Positions 40,519 to 51,032 of a stretch of DNA of 53,401 bases are shown here, piece by piece. Below the pieces are notes generated by a model that was not told where the DNA came from, did not search any database, and worked only from the letters and a program-made list of their open reading frames with translations. This DNA comes from Pseudomonadota bacterium. GTDB taxonomy: Bacteria > Bdellovibrionota_G > JALEGL01 > DATDPG01. A program made the translations under genes and the position numbers. The stretch covers positions 1-53,401 of the forward strand of contig JAZDDX010000022.1 of assembly GCA_043809315.1 (NCBI GenBank), written 5' to 3'. The first letter of the stretch is position 1, and every line of letters starts with the position of its first letter.

Positions 40519-40528
40519 CGCCCGACTG

Positions 40529-41311
40529 TTAGTTGGAATCCTTCTCCTGATCTGACCCAAGCAAACTGTCGAGTTCATCGGGGGACGGGTAGGTGATCAA
40601 AACGGCCCGATGTTTCCCTTGAAAAACGAACATGCTTCCCGCGGCGACGGCAGAAGCACCTCCTAGTTGCAGGGCTTCCTGCAGATGAGCCAGATTCCCG
40701 GCACCGCCGCATGCGATCACAGGAACAGATACGGCTTTGCAGACTCTCTGGATCAATTCCAGGTCATATCCTTGCATCAGGCCGTCCCGGTCGATCGACG
40801 TCAGAAAGATCTCTCCGGCGCCCTGCCCCTCCACTTCTTGAGCCCATTTTACCGGATCGCGACCCGTTTTTTTTCTGCCGCCATGGCTATAAACTTCGTA
40901 CTTGCCCAAAAAACTTTGTTTAACGTCAATGGACACTACAACACTCTGGCTTCCCGCGACCTTCGCAAGAGTTCGAACCAAAAGCGGATCCTCTGAGGCA
41001 GCCGAATTGATGACGACCTTTTCGCTTCCATTGTGAAGGATCGAGACCGCATCTTGAAGCGTTCTGACGCCTCCTCCGTAAGCCATCGGCATGAAACATT
41101 CACCGGCGATCTCCCGGATCAGATCGAACCGGGGAGGACGTTTTTCGATGGTTGCCGTGGTATCCAAGACCACGATTTCGTCGACCTCCTTATCGTTGAA
41201 GATTCGGACGGTATTGATCGGATCCCCCACATAGGTCGGATCTTTAAACCTTACGGTTTTAACCAGTCCTTGCCCTCGCAAAAGAAGAGCGGGAATGACT
41301 CGAGGCCGCAT
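40529..41311 (-). CDS. hisF2: HisF2/WbuZ (AglZ) acetamidino-modification cyclase-like subunit
   Basis: RVIPALLL..., [19 protein letters not shown] and [23 protein letters not shown] 41311. Confidence 0.9.
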   Translation of the reverse strand: MRPRVIPALLLRGQGLVKTVRFKDPTYVGDPINTVRIFNDKEVDEIVVLDTTATIEKRPPRFDLIREIAGECFMPMAYGGGVRTLQDAVSILHNGSEKVVINSAASEDPLLVRTLAKVAGSQSVVVSIDVKQSFLGKYEVYSHGGRKKTGRDPVKWAQEVEGQGAGEIFLTSIDRDGLMQGYDLELIQRVCKAVSVPVIACGGAGNLAHLQEALQLGGASAVAAGSMFVFQGKHRAVLITYPSPDELDSLLGSDQEKDSN

Positions 41312-41325
41312 CTTTCGGATTCTCC

Positions 41326-41940
41326 TTATGGCACCCAATCACAAAAATTCCGGAGAAGTTGCATCCCAAATCGATGACTTTTTTCCGGATGGAATTGAAC
41401 ACCGACAACGTTCTTGCGCTGGACCGCCGATGTAAAATCCAAACCGTATTTCGTCGTCATGATGCAGTCTTCAACACTTTCACATGCTACATAGAATGAA
41501 TGAACGAAATAGAACCGCGTCCGGTCGTCGGAGAGATTGTCGGTGAGCGGCGTCGGACGGGACAAGCGGACACGATTCCACCCCATGTGGGGTACACGAA
41601 AGCCGCTGTCCCCCGGGAACTTGATCGTTCTTCCTTTGATCCATCCTAAGCCCGAACAGGTTCCTTCTTCGCTTTGTTCTGTCAGAAGCTGCATCCCCAA
41701 GCAGATCCCCAAGATCGGGATCTCTTTCCGGACAACCGCTTCGTCAAGGGTAGGGAGAAAGCCGCTTTTTTCCAATTTCTTAATCCCATGGTCGAACGAT
41801 CCAACCCCGGGAAGAACAATTTTCGAGGACGTAAGGAGATCCGCGGGGCAGGAGGAAACGCGGGCTGGAACGCCGATCTTCTTCAGCATGTTCGCAACCG
41901 ATTCAAGATTTCCCATGCCGTAATCAATGACGGTTATCAT
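41326..41940 (-). CDS. hisH2: HisH2/WbuY glutamine amidotransferase subunit
   Basis: IDYGMGN, LGICLGMQ, PHMGWN, FYFVHS and QFHPEKS motifs. Confidence 0.92.
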   Translation of the reverse strand: MITVIDYGMGNLESVANMLKKIGVPARVSSCPADLLTSSKIVLPGVGSFDHGIKKLEKSGFLPTLDEAVVRKEIPILGICLGMQLLTEQSEEGTCSGLGWIKGRTIKFPGDSGFRVPHMGWNRVRLSRPTPLTDNLSDDRTRFYFVHSFYVACESVEDCIMTTKYGLDFTSAVQRKNVVGVQFHPEKSHRFGMQLLRNFCDWVP

Positions 41941-43358
41941 GGGGCCGCCCTATCTCGGAGATACCTTCGCAACAGAATAACGTAATAACACATGATGATC
42001 GATAGCGCGCCAGCGATCTGAAGAACAAGAGACGGAAGAATGGTTTTGCACAGAAAGCAAATGACTCCGAAAGCTGTCGAGAGCAATAGTATCATTTTCC
42101 CAAGCTTGAGAAGATTGGCGGTCTGAAAGCCCCCCGCCCTAAAAAGCATCGTGAGATATACGGCCTGGTAGCCACAGGAGAGGGCTGCAAAGGCGACGAT
42201 GCTGAGGAGAGGGGAGACGCCGACCCAAAGAAGGAAAACTAGGGTCAAGATTGAGAGCGCATCCGCAATCAACTGAATCGAAAACGATATGTGTTGCTTG
42301 CTTGTAACCTCATAAATTCTTTCCGGCCAGCTCGTGAAAAGAAAAAGGAATCCCACGGGCGCGTAGGCCGATGCATATATTCCGGCCTCATGCCACTTGT
42401 CTCCAAAAAGAAGAGAGAAGACTACGGGGGCCCACACCATCAGGAAAACAAATGCCGGAGTCGCAATCGCCGCGATGGAAGTCATCAGCTTCAGCGTAAG
42501 CTGCTCGACCCGCGGAGTACCGATATGTTGCGCTGCCTCCTTGTAAAAGACTTGCCCGAGAGCACCGGAGAGGAATCCCGCGGGGACGAAGGTAAACATG
42601 CGCGCAAGCGAAAAACATCCGGCGGCATTTGTGAAGTTGAAGGAGGTTAAAGCGAATACCGTGGATTCCCGCGCGATGCTTCCGCTCAGGCTATACGGCA
42701 CATTGAAAAGCGGGAACTGTCGATACCTGACAAAACATTCTCTGATTCTCCGAAGCGACGCGGTACGAAACGCGTGGCGGAGGGGACGCCAGAACTGAAT
42801 CCCCATGACAATCGCGGGTAAAAGCTGTCCGAGAAGCCGCCCTTGGATCAATCCGGTTCGTACATTCAAAAACCCCAGGCCGACGGAGCCGGCAACGGTC
42901 CCTCCTTGTTGCGTGATCAAGTTTGCGGCAATCTTCCCATACTGCCTCCGCCGGTTCGCCCAGTAGGTGAGAACTTGATAAAAATTCGCTAAGAAAATCA
43001 TTGCCGGTGCCAAATACAGCCACGAACGTGGCTCCGCGTTTTGAAAGATTTTCTCAAAAACGAACGGGAAAAAAAGTATGACCAGAAATCCAAGGGTACA
43101 GGTGATTACCGAGAGTCCGATGGATCCGACGAGAACGGCCAACGCGTCCGAGTGCTTTCGCGGCAAAACAATGGCCAGTTCATAACGACCGGATGTCAAT
43201 ACAGATGCCACGGTACAGAAGCCGACAAAAACAGCCGCTGTTCCGAATTGCTCCGGGGTGAAAAGGCGGGTGAGGATTAGAGAACCGAGAATAGGAATCG
43301 CCTGGGCAAGAACGGTTCCCGACGCCATTTTTAGAACATGGCGACCAAAGGACGACAT
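41937..43358 (-). CDS. wzx: Wzx oligosaccharide flippase
   Basis: GTVLAQAI...LTRLFTPEQFG, GRYELAIVLP and many TM segments. Confidence 0.88.
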   Translation of the reverse strand: MSSFGRHVLKMASGTVLAQAIPILGSLILTRLFTPEQFGTAAVFVGFCTVASVLTSGRYELAIVLPRKHSDALAVLVGSIGLSVITCTLGFLVILFFPFVFEKIFQNAEPRSWLYLAPAMIFLANFYQVLTYWANRRRQYGKIAANLITQQGGTVAGSVGLGFLNVRTGLIQGRLLGQLLPAIVMGIQFWRPLRHAFRTASLRRIRECFVRYRQFPLFNVPYSLSGSIARESTVFALTSFNFTNAAGCFSLARMFTFVPAGFLSGALGQVFYKEAAQHIGTPRVEQLTLKLMTSIAAIATPAFVFLMVWAPVVFSLLFGDKWHEAGIYASAYAPVGFLFLFTSWPERIYEVTSKQHISFSIQLIADALSILTLVFLLWVGVSPLLSIVAFAALSCGYQAVYLTMLFRAGGFQTANLLKLGKMILLLSTAFGVICFLCKTILPSLVLQIAGALSIIMCYYVILLRRYLRDRAAP

Positions 43359-43385
43359 GTTGGAGTTAACGATCAAACGGAAATA

Positions 43386-44150
43386 CTACGCCTCTACGTC
43401 TCGCGGTTTCACCACGGAAATCGGCGCACGAGCTTTCACGATCTCCCTGGCCCCAGGCGGTGGAGTCGGCACCAGCGGTTCCCGTCGTGTTGCAACCTTA
43501 CGCAACTCGGAATCCGCCTGAAGGTCGTCGAGAACCGTTTGGATTTTGATGAGAGCCCGACTTCTCGAAACGAGTGTTAGAGCGGTGAGAAAAATAAGCC
43601 GAAGGTCCAAGGCCACCGACCGTTTTTCCACGTACAACAACCCCAAACGACTCTTCCACGGTCGAATCAGTTGATTGTACGCAATGTCCGGGTCCTCCTG
43701 ATCTTTCAGGATATCGTTCTCATCGGCAAAGACGATCGATGCAATGTCCGTGACTCCCGGCTTCACGTCCAGCAGATGCCGCTCGATCTCCGTATAAAGA
43801 TCGGTTTCCCGCTTCACGTTCGGGCGCGGGCCCACCAGACTCATGTCCCCCTTGAACACATTGATCAGCTGGGGAAGTTCATCGAGCTTATACCGCCGGA
43901 CGAAACGCCCCACCCCGGTGATTCGAGGGTCCGCCGCGCCGGTGGAATCCACGCCGGTCTTGTCCGCACCGTGAATCATGGAGCGGAGCTTGATCATCCG
44001 GAATGGGACACCTCCCCGGCCCACTCTCGGTGCGACGTAGAAAGGGGAATGTTTGTCTTGCCGGTAGATCAGAAACATCACGGGAAGCAGGATCGGTGCC
44101 GAAAGCATAAGGCCGAACAGCGACAGGGAGATATCGACAAGGCGCTTCAT
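43386..44150 (-). CDS. Bacterial sugar transferase (initiating phosphoglycosyl transferase)
   Basis: MKRLVDI, KLRSM, DPRIT.VG...R..KLDELPQL.NV..GDMSLVGPRP and VKPGVT motifs. ATG 44150. Confidence 0.92.
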   Translation of the reverse strand: MKRLVDISLSLFGLMLSAPILLPVMFLIYRQDKHSPFYVAPRVGRGGVPFRMIKLRSMIHGADKTGVDSTGAADPRITGVGRFVRRYKLDELPQLINVFKGDMSLVGPRPNVKRETDLYTEIERHLLDVKPGVTDIASIVFADENDILKDQEDPDIAYNQLIRPWKSRLGLLYVEKRSVALDLRLIFLTALTLVSRSRALIKIQTVLDDLQADSELRKVATRREPLVPTPPPGAREIVKARAPISVVKPRDVEA

Positions 44151-44157
44151 TTTTTTC

Positions 44158-45156
44158 CTATGCCATCGACTTGAGCACCGCCGAACGGATATCAGCGGCT
44201 TTGAAATAATACGCATCTTCCAAGGGACGGCTTGTCGGAGCGGGAGCACTGGGAAGCGTGATCCGAACCGGTCGGGTCTTCAGACGCTCCGGTGGCAGCG
44301 CTTCCACGATTCCGGCAATGACCTCTCCCGCCATCCCACAGGTCCGCCAACCACCGTCGACCGCCAAGAGACGGCCTGTCCGCTCGACCGAGGCAATTGC
44401 CGCCTCATGGCGGATCGGATTAAGAATTCGCAAATCGATCACCTCGGCCGCGACCCCGTCACGAGTCAAATCCGCAGCCGCCGTCATGCAGAGCTGAGTG
44501 GTATAACCACACCCCACCAGAGTGACATCTCCGCCCGATTTCAAAACACGAGACCTTTCCGTTTCCAGTTGGACTTCGCGAATCGGAGGAAGTTCGTCTT
44601 CAATTTCATATAGCCATCGATCATCGATGAAAAGCACGGGGTCATCGCATAGAACAGATGCGATCAGGAGATCTCTGGCATCGGATACCGTCGCCGGCAT
44701 GACAACACGCAAGCCCGGGATATGAGCGAACCATCCATGCAGCGCCTGCGAGTGTTGGGCTCCTTGTTCCCCTCCCCTGTTGATAATGCTTCGTATGGTG
44801 ACCGCCGGATGACCGTGGCCACCCATCATGTGCGACCATTTTGCCGCCTGATTGACGATCTGATTCGTCGCCAAGATCATGAAGTCCATCCGAGGATGGA
44901 CCACGATGGGGCGATAACCGCATAATCCAGCCCCTACCGCGATGCCCGTCGTGCTGTCCTCACAAATCGGCGTATCGAGAATCCGGTCATTTCCAAACTG
45001 TTTATCGAGGTCTTTCATCGTGTTTCCGACGTACCACGGACTCCATAGCCCTTGGCCGATCACAAACACTTCCGGATATCGTTCCAGCAGATAGACATAT
45101 GCCTCGCGAATCGCTTCGCAGTAGGAGGTCTTCTTTTCGGCGCGCCTGGATTCCAT
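44158..45156 (-). CDS. 2-oxoacid dehydrogenase E1 beta-like subunit
   Basis: RILDTPICE, NQAAK, GAQHSQ, IPGL.VV.P, EVIDLR and VERTGRLL motifs. Confidence 0.9.
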   Translation of the reverse strand: MESRRAEKKTSYCEAIREAYVYLLERYPEVFVIGQGLWSPWYVGNTMKDLDKQFGNDRILDTPICEDSTTGIAVGAGLCGYRPIVVHPRMDFMILATNQIVNQAAKWSHMMGGHGHPAVTIRSIINRGGEQGAQHSQALHGWFAHIPGLRVVMPATVSDARDLLIASVLCDDPVLFIDDRWLYEIEDELPPIREVQLETERSRVLKSGGDVTLVGCGYTTQLCMTAAADLTRDGVAAEVIDLRILNPIRHEAAIASVERTGRLLAVDGGWRTCGMAGEVIAGIVEALPPERLKTRPVRITLPSAPAPTSRPLEDAYYFKAADIRSAVLKSMA

Positions 45157-45159
45157 CTC

Positions 45160-46206
45160 TCAACTCTGCGCGTATACCAAATTCAATGTCGCCTCGAGTC
45201 CTGGGTATGGGGCTTCGATAGCCCGAACGCATTCCGTATCCACAATCGTTTGGACTTCCCGCTGCATCCGTTTCCAATCCCCGTCGGTCAATATCGTCGC
45301 AACTCGAAGCGCATCCATGAGACGACGGATCGGGTCACGCCGTTTCCATCCAGCGAGATCGTCTTTTCGCTTAACACCGACGTCGACATCTTCCCTCGGA
45401 CCCACATGACCCCGCCAGCGATAGGTAACGGTCTCCAAAAACCCCGGCCCCACTCCAGCCCGAGCGCGGGCAAGAAGTTTTTGAGTCGTTCGACCTACCG
45501 CGACCACGTCATTCCCATCAACCACTTCACTGGGAATCTCATGCGCTCGAGCGAAGCGTGCCATCGAATTCGCCGGTTGCCGCAGATCGATGTGCATATG
45601 GCTCGAAAAGAAATTGTTCTCACAAATAAAGAGGACGGGAATCTCGTAGGCCGAGGCAAAATTGAGGGACTCGTGCAACGCACCTTCCTCAGCGGCACCG
45701 TCTCCGAAATATACAACCCCGACATCTCCCTTTCTGTCCTTTTTCGCTGCCAGGCCGGCTCCCACGGCAAGAGCAATCGTTCCAGCCACGATCGGCACCG
45801 AACCCAGGAACCCTTTCGAGCGAGCAACGAGGTGCATGGACCCCCCCATTCCTCCCGAACATCCGCTGGCTTTTCCCAGGACTTCAGCCATCAAACCGCC
45901 GAGCTCCCCGCCAAGGGCGAGATAATGCGAGTGGGAACGGTGAGCTCCGAACACACGGTCACTGTTACGCAGATGACGAGAGACACCGACGGCAATTGCT
46001 TCTTCCCCGATGCCGAGATGGCAAGGACAGTGTGCCTTTCCCTCTGAAACCAAGTCGCCGATCTTCTCTTCCGCTCGCCGAATCAAGAGCATCATCCGAA
46101 GGTCGCGCAGCAACTGTGCAGGTTCCTCACCCCGAACATCAATCGGACCAACATTCTTTGCAGGGTCAGACAAATCTCCCAATAAGTTTCTGGCTTTACT
46201 CAACAT
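45160..46206 (-). CDS. TPP-dependent dehydrogenase E1 alpha-like subunit
   Basis: HLGIGEEA, HRSH.HYLA.GG, GGSMH, FGDGA.EEG...ESLN, CENN and TYRWRGHVGP. Start uncertain (46206 or 46239). Confidence 0.9.
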   Translation of the reverse strand: MLSKARNLLGDLSDPAKNVGPIDVRGEEPAQLLRDLRMMLLIRRAEEKIGDLVSEGKAHCPCHLGIGEEAIAVGVSRHLRNSDRVFGAHRSHSHYLALGGELGGLMAEVLGKASGCSGGMGGSMHLVARSKGFLGSVPIVAGTIALAVGAGLAAKKDRKGDVGVVYFGDGAAEEGALHESLNFASAYEIPVLFICENNFFSSHMHIDLRQPANSMARFARAHEIPSEVVDGNDVVAVGRTTQKLLARARAGVGPGFLETVTYRWRGHVGPREDVDVGVKRKDDLAGWKRRDPIRRLMDALRVATILTDGDWKRMQREVQTIVDTECVRAIEAPYPGLEATLNLVYAQS

Positions 46207-46344
46207 TCGGAAATTTCCAGTTTGGTTTTCGATACACACACTTCACAACACTGTAAAGCACTCTCAACGGCCCAAAAGGCTTGACCTGTCATCAGGATAC
46301 TGAAATATACCAGAACACAGGCACAAAGCAGAGGTACAATACCC

Positions 46345-47463
46345 ATGCAGGGAAACACGCGCTCGGTCCCGTTTTTTAATTATCCGTACGTTTATAAATC
46401 CCATGGAAAAGAACTCCTGGCCGCACTCGCTGACGTTGGTTCGCGGGGCGCATTCATTCTCCAACAAGACGTCGTTGAATTCGAAGAGAACCTAAAGAAG
46501 CTCACCGGGGCTAAGCACGCCATCGGAGTTGCGAATGGAACGGATGCCCTCATCATTGCACTGCGGGGTGTTCCGCTAAACCCCGGGGACGAGGTAATCT
46601 TCGCCTCCCACACCTTCATAGCAACGGCGGCCGCTATTCATTTCGCGGGAGGGATTCCTGTCCCGGTTGATTGCGGTCCCGATCATATGATCGATCCGGA
46701 GTCTGTGGCTAAAGCTGTGACTTCGAAAACCCGGGTGATCATGCCCACGCAGCTCAATGGACGAACCGCCGACATGGATCGATTGCAGGAGATCGCCAAG
46801 AAACACGACCTTTTGATCGTGGAAGATGCAGCACAAGGATTGGGTTCGAAATTCCGGGGAAAGTGTGCAGGCACGTTCGGAATTGCCGGAACGATCAGTT
46901 TTTATCCTGCCAAAAATTTGGGGTCTCTCGGCGATGCCGGAGCGATCCTCACGAACGATGATGAAATATATGATCGAATGATCCCCCTTCATGACCATGG
47001 TCGCGACACCCACGGCGAGATTTCCATGTGGGGGCTTAATTCAAGGCTCGACAATCTCCAAGCCGCTTTCTTGAATATCAAGATCAAGAATTACGACCGG
47101 ATCGTCATAAGGCGACGCCACCTCGCGGGTCTATACCAGGAATACCTTGGTCGTGTACGCCAACTGGCTCTTCCACCGGCCCCCGGAAGCGAGCCCGCGC
47201 ATTTCGATGTCTATCAAAACTATGAGATCGAGGCTGAGAGAAGGGACGAACTCAAAGAATATCTGAAGAAGAACGGCATCGGTACCCTGATTCAATGGGG
47301 TGGAAAAGCGGTCCATCAGTTTGAAAAACTCGGCCTTCGGAAGTCGCTTCCTTACACTGAGAAGATGTTTAAGCGTTGCCTGATGCTTCCGATGAACAAT
47401 TCATTGGTAGATGATGATGTGAAATACGTTTGCGACCGAATTTGCGAGTACTACCGGCGATAA
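46345..47463 (+). CDS. DegT/DnrJ/EryC1/StrS nucleotide-sugar aminotransferase
   Basis: NGTDAL, EDAAQ, SFYPAKNLG..GDAG and NSRLD.LQAA motifs. Confidence 0.93.
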   Translation: MQGNTRSVPFFNYPYVYKSHGKELLAALADVGSRGAFILQQDVVEFEENLKKLTGAKHAIGVANGTDALIIALRGVPLNPGDEVIFASHTFIATAAAIHFAGGIPVPVDCGPDHMIDPESVAKAVTSKTRVIMPTQLNGRTADMDRLQEIAKKHDLLIVEDAAQGLGSKFRGKCAGTFGIAGTISFYPAKNLGSLGDAGAILTNDDEIYDRMIPLHDHGRDTHGEISMWGLNSRLDNLQAAFLNIKIKNYDRIVIRRRHLAGLYQEYLGRVRQLALPPAPGSEPAHFDVYQNYEIEAERRDELKEYLKKNGIGTLIQWGGKAVHQFEKLGLRKSLPYTEKMFKRCLMLPMNNSLVDDDVKYVCDRICEYYRR

Positions 47464-47464
47464 T

Positions 47465-48367
47465 GTGATTCCCATGCCAACTGACCGGAATCTGACAAAC
47501 GCCCCTGAAAACTCCGAAGGTATTGCGCTATTACTTGATCAGTTGAACGCCCTTGCGGGTATCTCCAACGAGGAGTGGCTTGGTTCTCTCGCGCCTCGAA
47601 AGATCAGTGAATTGGAATTTCACGACAGAGACCGTGACCCACAGCGTGCAGCGAAACTTGATTCGGACACGTATGAACGATTTTACGGCAACAAAAAGTA
47701 CTATCTGGTAACCGACTTATCTCGAAAGTACTGGCAACGCTGGATCGAGGAGAACGTTTGTACGGGCGGAGTGTTTCTGGACTATGCATGCGGGAATGGG
47801 GGTGTGGCGCGTATTGCGGCCCACTCTGGAGCGACGCTCAGCATCGGAATCGATATAAGTTCAGTGTCCATTCAGAACGCCCGAAAGCTGTCGGCCGCGG
47901 AAGGTCTCACGGATAAGACGTTTTTTATCCAGGCTGATTGTGAAAACACCAAACTTCCCGACGCTTCCGTCGATCGAATCATCTGTTCGGGGATGTTGCA
48001 CCACCTCGATCTGTCATATGCGTTTCCCGAACTGAGGAGAATCCTGAAACCGGGCGGAAAAATCCTAGCCTTGGAAGCCCTGGACTACAATCCATTGATC
48101 AAACTCTATAGAAAGATGACCCCTGAGATGCGAACAGAGTGGGAGAAAGCCCACATCCTCAGCCTATCCGACGTCAGATTTGCGAGAAGATTCTTCGACG
48201 TTCGGAATGTTCGATACTGGCACATCAGCAGCATCGTCGCGCCCAAGATCTCGCTCAAGCTTTTGCCAATTCTGAATTCATTGGATTGGGTGCTTACGCG
48301 AGTGCCTGGGTGTCAGCTGCTGGCCTGGATCTTCTCCTTCGAACTCGTGAAACGACAAGAGACTTAG
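47465..48367 (+). CDS. Class I SAM-dependent methyltransferase
   Basis: LDYACGNG, GIDIS, GMLHHL and LRRILKPGG. Start 47465 or 47474. Confidence 0.88.
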   Translation: MIPMPTDRNLTNAPENSEGIALLLDQLNALAGISNEEWLGSLAPRKISELEFHDRDRDPQRAAKLDSDTYERFYGNKKYYLVTDLSRKYWQRWIEENVCTGGVFLDYACGNGGVARIAAHSGATLSIGIDISSVSIQNARKLSAAEGLTDKTFFIQADCENTKLPDASVDRIICSGMLHHLDLSYAFPELRRILKPGGKILALEALDYNPLIKLYRKMTPEMRTEWEKAHILSLSDVRFARRFFDVRNVRYWHISSIVAPKISLKLLPILNSLDWVLTRVPGCQLLAWIFSFELVKRQET

Positions 48368-49071
48368 GTTTCTGATGGTGTGTTCGCTGCGTGAAAGGCT
48401 AGGCACGAAAAACGATACGGATAGAGAAGACTACCGAAGAATTGTGTGTCGAGCCCAAGGTTCTTGCACCAGCTTCTGACATCTCTTCTTCGGTACCAGA
48501 AGCCCACGCCAGTTTTTCTGCCCGCAAGAATCTTCAGCACCCCCTTGAGTCCCTGTAGTAACGGCAGAACACCCCAGGACGGATCTTGGGAGAAGACGCC
48601 TGTTTCGTAGGCAAACCGAAATCGTTGATCCGGGATGTTTCCGAGAAACATGAATCCGTCCGGAGAAAGCATCGCTTTCAGATTGGTTAGGGCACGGAGT
48701 GTATCTGCAGGTGAACAATACTGGATCACGTTATTTACTATAATGAAATCGAACTGTTCAGGGCTCCGATATGTCGACAGTTCTCCCAGAGCGAGTCGCA
48801 CATCGGGATGGCGCTTACCGAACTCTGCGAGAACGGTCCGAGAAAAATCAATCCCTAGATACCGCGTGCGGTCAATATTGAGATGTTCAAATACTTCACC
48901 GGCGCCGCAGCCGATTTCCAGAATCTTGCGGTGAACGGAAGGATCAAGGAAGCCCGACAATTCTGACGCGGCAATTCTAAACACGTTCACTTTCGGACGC
49001 GGAGTGTGGGCAGAATCTTTCTTCCGACTCCAATACTCCGCAAATCGATCGCTGGTGTTCACGTCAGCCAT
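48364..49071 (-). CDS. Class I SAM-dependent methyltransferase
   Basis: ILEIGCGAG, YLGIDFS, FDFI...VIQY and LSPDG motifs. Confidence 0.85.
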   Translation of the reverse strand: MADVNTSDRFAEYWSRKKDSAHTPRPKVNVFRIAASELSGFLDPSVHRKILEIGCGAGEVFEHLNIDRTRYLGIDFSRTVLAEFGKRHPDVRLALGELSTYRSPEQFDFIIVNNVIQYCSPADTLRALTNLKAMLSPDGFMFLGNIPDQRFRFAYETGVFSQDPSWGVLPLLQGLKGVLKILAGRKTGVGFWYRRRDVRSWCKNLGLDTQFFGSLLYPYRFSCLAFHAANTPSET

Positions 49072-49081
49072 CTGTCACGTT

Positions 49082-50953
49082 TCAAATCGACGTCGCGACC
49101 GAAAGAAGGTCCCTCTTCTTGGCAGACTGTTCTTGGACCCTATCTTCGGCTTTTTCTACCAGATCTTGAAGCGCTCGAAGCACCTCTTCGTTCGACATGT
49201 CGTCGACATCACGCACAAGAGCAGATATGCATCCTGAGACTATTTCACCGGTCCGTTTTTCCGGATAAATCGCACTGATCTTTGGATTCTTAGTCGGATT
49301 CGTCCGTTCCCGAATGCTCACCAGTTCTTCCGTCAGTTTTTCACCGGGCCTCAAGCCAATAAACTTAATTTGGACATGGTTCATTCCCGAAAGAGCGATC
49401 ATCTTCTTTGCCAAATCGACAATTTTCACAGGTTTTCCCATGTCCAGAACGAAGATCTCCCCTCCTTTGCCAATGTGGGCGGATTTCAACACGAGTTGAA
49501 CCGCTTCCGGGATCGTCATGAAATACCGCTCGACCTCGGGATGGGTAACAGTAACCGGCCCGCCATGTGCAATTTGTTGACGGAAGAGCGGGATGACGCT
49601 GCCAGCGCTGGCGAGAACGTTTCCAAAACGCACGGCCATGAATTTTGTCGAGGAGCAGGCGAACTTCTCTTCTAGGAGAAGTTCCGCGACACGTTTCGTG
49701 TATCCCATGACGTTGAACGGCTCGACGGCTTTGTCGGTAGAAATCAAAATGAACCGTTCAACACCGTGCTTCATCGACAGACTCGCGACGACCTCGGTCC
49801 CGAGAAGATTGTTCTTGAGCGCTTCGCTCGCATTTGCCTCCATTAATGGGACATGCTTGTACGCAGCTGCATGGAAAACGATTTCCGGCTTGTGCTTGGC
49901 CAAGACATGCTCGACCCGACCACCATCACAGACATCACCGATGATGGAGTATGTGCGCGTTCCCGAGAAACGCTCTTTCAGCTCCCGATCGATCTCATAA
50001 AGGTTGAATTCGTTTCTTTCGAGACAGATGACCGCCTTGGGAGCCCATCCGCAAAGTTGTCGGACCAGCTCGGATCCGATCGATCCGCCGGCACCTGTCA
50101 CGAGCACCGTTTTTCCGCAGTAGAATTGCGCAAGCTCTTCGGTCAAAAGGCTGACCCCCGAACGAGGAAGCAGGTCTTCGACCTCCACGTCCTTCAATGC
50201 AAGAGGCGAGAAGCTACCCTCGAGAATATCCTCAAGTCGCGGAATTCTCTTGAGCGGAATTCCCACGTTTTGGGACATTTGAAAGATCTGCCCCATTTTC
50301 TCTGTCGAGAGCTGGTGGCAGGCGACAATTGCTTCATCTGCATGTTCCAGACGTGCGATATGTTCGAAATCGTCGATCGACCCCCTTACAGGGACACCGT
50401 GGATCCGGAGACCTCTTTTGTTCTGATTGTCATCCAGGATTCCGATCGGTTCGTACAAATGTCCGCCGCGTGCCATGAGTTCTTTGATCAGGGCCTGTCC
50501 GGCTCCACCGGCGCCGATCACGAGGACTCGTTTGTAGTATTCCTCTTTCTTTGTACCACGCTCAAAGATCACACGAGCGACTACACGGCACCCGACCAGC
50601 AATGTGGGGAACAGAAACCAATCCATGAGGTATACGGAGCGAGGAACTGCCCCGTTTCCTAACAAGAGAACGGCCGCCGCAAACAACGCCGACCCTGCCG
50701 AGGAGGCTTTTAAGACATCCAGAGCATCGACAAGGCTCACATATCGCCAGGCCCGTCGATGAAGCGCGAAGAGAAACGTGAAAAGAAACTTGCTGAGTAT
50801 GACGATCGGAAGGGTTATGAACAGTAGACGCTGCGCATTCAAATCAATTTCAAAATCGAATCTCAGAAGATAAGCAAGAACATATGCGACACCGGCCGTT
50901 GCGGCGGTGATCAACAAATCTGTTAGAATACGAACTCTCGGGTATTGGTTCAT
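49082..50953 (-). CDS. wbpM: Membrane-bound UDP-GlcNAc 4,6-dehydratase (WbpM/PglF/CapD family)
   Basis: Four N-terminal TMs, IGAGGAG, VTGAGGSIGSEL, FHAAAYKHVP, ISTDKAV, RFGNVL.S.GSV and GLRPGEKL.EEL. Confidence 0.93.
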   Translation of the reverse strand: MNQYPRVRILTDLLITAATAGVAYVLAYLLRFDFEIDLNAQRLLFITLPIVILSKFLFTFLFALHRRAWRYVSLVDALDVLKASSAGSALFAAAVLLLGNGAVPRSVYLMDWFLFPTLLVGCRVVARVIFERGTKKEEYYKRVLVIGAGGAGQALIKELMARGGHLYEPIGILDDNQNKRGLRIHGVPVRGSIDDFEHIARLEHADEAIVACHQLSTEKMGQIFQMSQNVGIPLKRIPRLEDILEGSFSPLALKDVEVEDLLPRSGVSLLTEELAQFYCGKTVLVTGAGGSIGSELVRQLCGWAPKAVICLERNEFNLYEIDRELKERFSGTRTYSIIGDVCDGGRVEHVLAKHKPEIVFHAAAYKHVPLMEANASEALKNNLLGTEVVASLSMKHGVERFILISTDKAVEPFNVMGYTKRVAELLLEEKFACSSTKFMAVRFGNVLASAGSVIPLFRQQIAHGGPVTVTHPEVERYFMTIPEAVQLVLKSAHIGKGGEIFVLDMGKPVKIVDLAKKMIALSGMNHVQIKFIGLRPGEKLTEELVSIRERTNPTKNPKISAIYPEKRTGEIVSGCISALVRDVDDMSNEEVLRALQDLVEKAEDRVQEQSAKKRDLLSVATSI

Positions 50954-50990
50954 GGGGGGACCTCTCTAGTTCAATTCTGGCCGGACTACT

Positions 50991-51032
50991 AGCGATTTCC
51001 GTGCCACGAGGTTTCCAAGTAACTAATTAATA
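50991..51032 (-). promoter_or_regulatory. Sigma54 promoter of wbpM with IHF-like site
   Basis: Minus strand TGGCACG-GAAA-TCGCT (51006-50991; 1 mismatch). TAACTAATTAATA (51020-51032) is 1 mismatch from the IHF consensus and lies in an AT-rich tract. Confidence 0.65.

Noticed and set aside
40529-41940. Histidine biosynthesis genes hisH/hisF
   Set aside because: No other his genes; the sequence signature and wbpG context indicate the glycan-amidination paralogs.
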